DNA of 64,000 nt from an uncultured bacterium (GTDB lineage: Bacteria > Krumholzibacteriota > Krumholzibacteriia > Krumholzibacteriales > Krumholzibacteriaceae). The position numbers were made by a program, and so were the translations under genes. A model generated the notes under the pieces. It searched no databases. It was given only the letters and a program-made list of their open reading frames with translations, and was not told where the DNA came from. Below, in pieces: positions 61,662 through 64,000 of the stretch; within the stretch, counting starts at the first letter, position 1, and the number at the start of each line of letters is the position of its first letter. The DNA lies in NCBI GenBank assembly GCA_963813815.1, contig CAWFAD010000016.1, positions 288,001-352,000 of the forward strand. Reading direction: 5' to 3'.

Positions 61662-62581
61662 CGATGCGTATCGTTGATAGCACGGGCACCGATGATCTCT
61701 CTCGCGTGTTCATCGCGGAGCTCGATGACCGTTCGCTCGTGGAATGCGCCGAATCGGTGCAACCTCCCGTCCCGCGTGAGCGCAAGTGGGTTCTCATTGT
61801 CTCCACGCTCAAGGGGTGTCCCGTCTCCTGCCCCATATGCGATGCGGGAGGGAACTACCGGGGGACGCTTACCGCCGATGAAATCCTACAACAAATCGAT
61901 TTTCTCATTCGCAGGCGCTTCCCCTCGGGTGTCGTTTCCATTCCAAAGCTAAAGATCCAGTTCGCTCGCATGGGCGATCCGGCTTTCAACGAAGCTGTGC
62001 TCGACGTTCTGCGGCGGCTCCCTTTGCTGTACGACGCTCCGGGACTGATGCCCTGCATATCGACCATCGCGCCGGCGGGACATGAACGGTTTTTCGAGTC
62101 GCTTATCTCCGCCAAGAACACGCTCTATGCGGACGGGCGATTCCAGATGCAATTTTCCATTCATACCACCTGCGAGGCGGCACGACGGAGGTTGATACCC
62201 GCACGCGTTTGGTCGTTTGCGGAGATTTCCGCCTACGGCTCGCGTTTCTTTTCGCATGGCGATCGAAAAATCACTCTCAACTTCGCGCCGGTCAGGGGCT
62301 TGCCTCTCGATCCCGGTCGGCTCGCCGACTGGTTTTCTCCCGAAATCTTCGCCGTGAAGCTGACGCCGATCAATCCCACCTATGCCGCCGCTCGTTCGGG
62401 CTTCGTCGGACTCATAGATCCGGGCGACGGGCCGGGCTGCGAGCGCGTGGCCGACCGCTTTCGGGTAGCAGGCTTCGAGACGGTCCTGAGCATCGGCGAG
62501 TTGGACGAAAACCGCATCGGTTCGAACTGCGGGATGCGCGCGAGAGCGCTCGAGGGTACGCCGCTCAAGATAGAAAGCTAG
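61658..62581 (+). CDS. Radical SAM protein, RlmN/Cfr-like
   Basis: STLKGCPVSCPICDAG, LTADEIL.QI, FARMGDP, SIH, C-terminal GSNCG; ATGA overlap with upstream gene. Confidence 0.85.
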   Translation: MTMRIVDSTGTDDLSRVFIAELDDRSLVECAESVQPPVPRERKWVLIVSTLKGCPVSCPICDAGGNYRGTLTADEILQQIDFLIRRRFPSGVVSIPKLKIQFARMGDPAFNEAVLDVLRRLPLLYDAPGLMPCISTIAPAGHERFFESLISAKNTLYADGRFQMQFSIHTTCEAARRRLIPARVWSFAEISAYGSRFFSHGDRKITLNFAPVRGLPLDPGRLADWFSPEIFAVKLTPINPTYAAARSGFVGLIDPGDGPGCERVADRFRVAGFETVLSIGELDENRIGSNCGMRARALEGTPLKIES

Positions 62582-62708
62582 CGGCGGAAAAATTCTACTT
62601 TTTCTTACGATTCCGCTGGAAGGCGCCCCGCACGGATATTATAATCCATCTGTTTGATTGTCGGCCGGCTTCGGGCTCCTGTACAACTGTAGAAACGGAA
62701 GGGAACAC

Positions 62709-63881
62709 ATGGCTTACCAACCGCTCGACTTCTTCAATCTCGACAGCCTCCTCAGCGAAGAGGAAATCATAATTCGGGACACGGTGCGCAAGTTCGTCGA
62801 CAAAGAGGTGATCCCCGTTATCGCGGAGCACTGGGAGGCGGCGACCTTCCCCATGTCGCTCGTTCCGAAGCTCGCCGAGCTCGGCGTTTTCGGCCCCTTC
62901 GTGCCGGCGAAGTACGGCGCCTCCGAGGCTTCGTACACCGTGTACGGCCTGATCTGTCAGGAGCTCGAGCGGGGCGATTCGGGCGTGAGGAGCTTCGCCT
63001 CGGTCCAGGGAAGCCTCGTCATGTATCCGATCTGGAAGTTCGGCTCGGAAGAGCAGAAGATGGAATACCTGCCGAAGCTGGCCTCGGGGAAAATGATCGG
63101 GTGTTTCGGGCTGACCGAGCCCGACGCCGGGTCGGATCCGCGCTCGATGACCACGAGGGCCCACAAGGACGGCAAACACTGGATCCTCAACGGCGCCAAG
63201 ATGTGGATCACGAACGGCACGATAGCCGATATCGCGATCGTCTGGGCGAAGGACGACGACGGGAAGATTCGCGGATTCATCGTGCACAAGGACGACAAGG
63301 GATTCTCCGCACCGGAGCAGAAGCACAAGGTGTCGCTGCGCGCCTCGGTGACCTCCGAGCTCGTTCTGGAGGACGTCCGCATCCCGGCCGACCGGGAGCT
63401 TCCCAACACGAGCGACCTCAAGAGCCCGCTCATGTGTCTCACCTCGGCCCGATACGGGATCGCGTGGGGGGCCACGGGCGTTCTTCAGGGATTGCTCGAC
63501 GAGGCGATCAACTACAGCAAGGAACGGATCATGTTCGGCAAGCCGATCGGCTCGTTCCAGCTCACGCAGCAGAAGCTCGCCGAGATCGCGACCGATCTCA
63601 CGAGCGCGCAGATGATGGCATATCGTGTCGGTCGCCTCGCGGATGAAGGCAAAATGAAGCACTATCACGTTTCGATGATCAAGAGGAACAACGTGAACGC
63701 CGCCCTCGTCGCGGCGCGCAAGGTGCGGAGCATCCTCGGAGCGAACGGGATATCCCTCGAGTACCAGGCGATCCGCCACATGTGCAACCTCGAATCGGTC
63801 CAGACGTACGAGGGGACCTTCGAGGTGCACACGCTGATACTCGGAGAGCAGCTGACCGGGATCTCGGCGTTCAAAGGCTGA
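62709..63881 (+). CDS. Acyl-CoA dehydrogenase (glutaryl-CoA dehydrogenase-like)
   Basis: ELERGDSGVRSF.SVQ.SL, CFGLTEPDAGSD, LNGAKMWITNG, LGANGI, TYEGT. Confidence 0.92.
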   Translation: MAYQPLDFFNLDSLLSEEEIIIRDTVRKFVDKEVIPVIAEHWEAATFPMSLVPKLAELGVFGPFVPAKYGASEASYTVYGLICQELERGDSGVRSFASVQGSLVMYPIWKFGSEEQKMEYLPKLASGKMIGCFGLTEPDAGSDPRSMTTRAHKDGKHWILNGAKMWITNGTIADIAIVWAKDDDGKIRGFIVHKDDKGFSAPEQKHKVSLRASVTSELVLEDVRIPADRELPNTSDLKSPLMCLTSARYGIAWGATGVLQGLLDEAINYSKERIMFGKPIGSFQLTQQKLAEIATDLTSAQMMAYRVGRLADEGKMKHYHVSMIKRNNVNAALVAARKVRSILGANGISLEYQAIRHMCNLESVQTYEGTFEVHTLILGEQLTGISAFKG

Positions 63882-64000
63882 GCGCGGCTACCGGTCGCGG
63901 CCTGATTTTGGAAGCCCGGCTGTCGAGTCCATGAAGGCTCGGCGGCCGGGCTCGACTATATCAGAGGAGTATCGACAGACAGGTCATGGCCCCGTCGCAC

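Overview
GC-rich bacterial chromosome segment in three parts. Lineage is inferred only: an FCB-associated candidate phylum, from the FlgD/T9SS-like C-terminal domain, a TWGxIK tail and the EF-Tu variant. (1) 1-24.9 kb is core: the 3' end of rpoC, the complete str-S10-spc-alpha ribosomal superoperon (rpsL to rplQ, with secY, adk, map, infA, rpmJ), an AEC transporter and a GlcE/GlcF-like pair. (2) 25.0-52.3 kb is a tRNA-Asn(GTT)-anchored accessory region. It opens with a ~3.9 kb element encoding a large serine recombinase and a phiX174/pC194-type rolling-circle Rep. A series of co-oriented single-gene modules follows: AAA+ ATPase, repeat beta-propeller surface protein, Ser/Thr kinase-TPR, small secreted protein, second kinase-TPR, and a frameshift-riddled cyclic beta-1,2-glucan synthase. 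Every boundary between these modules carries the tRNA 3'-end core GGAGCCAG (or a 1-mismatch variant). Four boundaries share an ungapped 40-nt left arm, and two alternative right arms recur. This looks like an integrase-less, tRNA-anchored gene-cassette array and is the most unusual signal in the window. (3) 52.4-64 kb holds a DUF4153-like membrane protein, a GT39-TPR, an IS3-family element, an L,D-transpeptidase / Lpp-like lipoprotein / DpaA-like trio, a TPP riboswitch controlling an AIR-synthase-family gene, a TrxB-like + RlmN-like radical SAM pair and an acyl-CoA dehydrogenase. Clustered single-base frame breaks in secY, the AEC gene and the glucan synthase are probably assembly artefacts.
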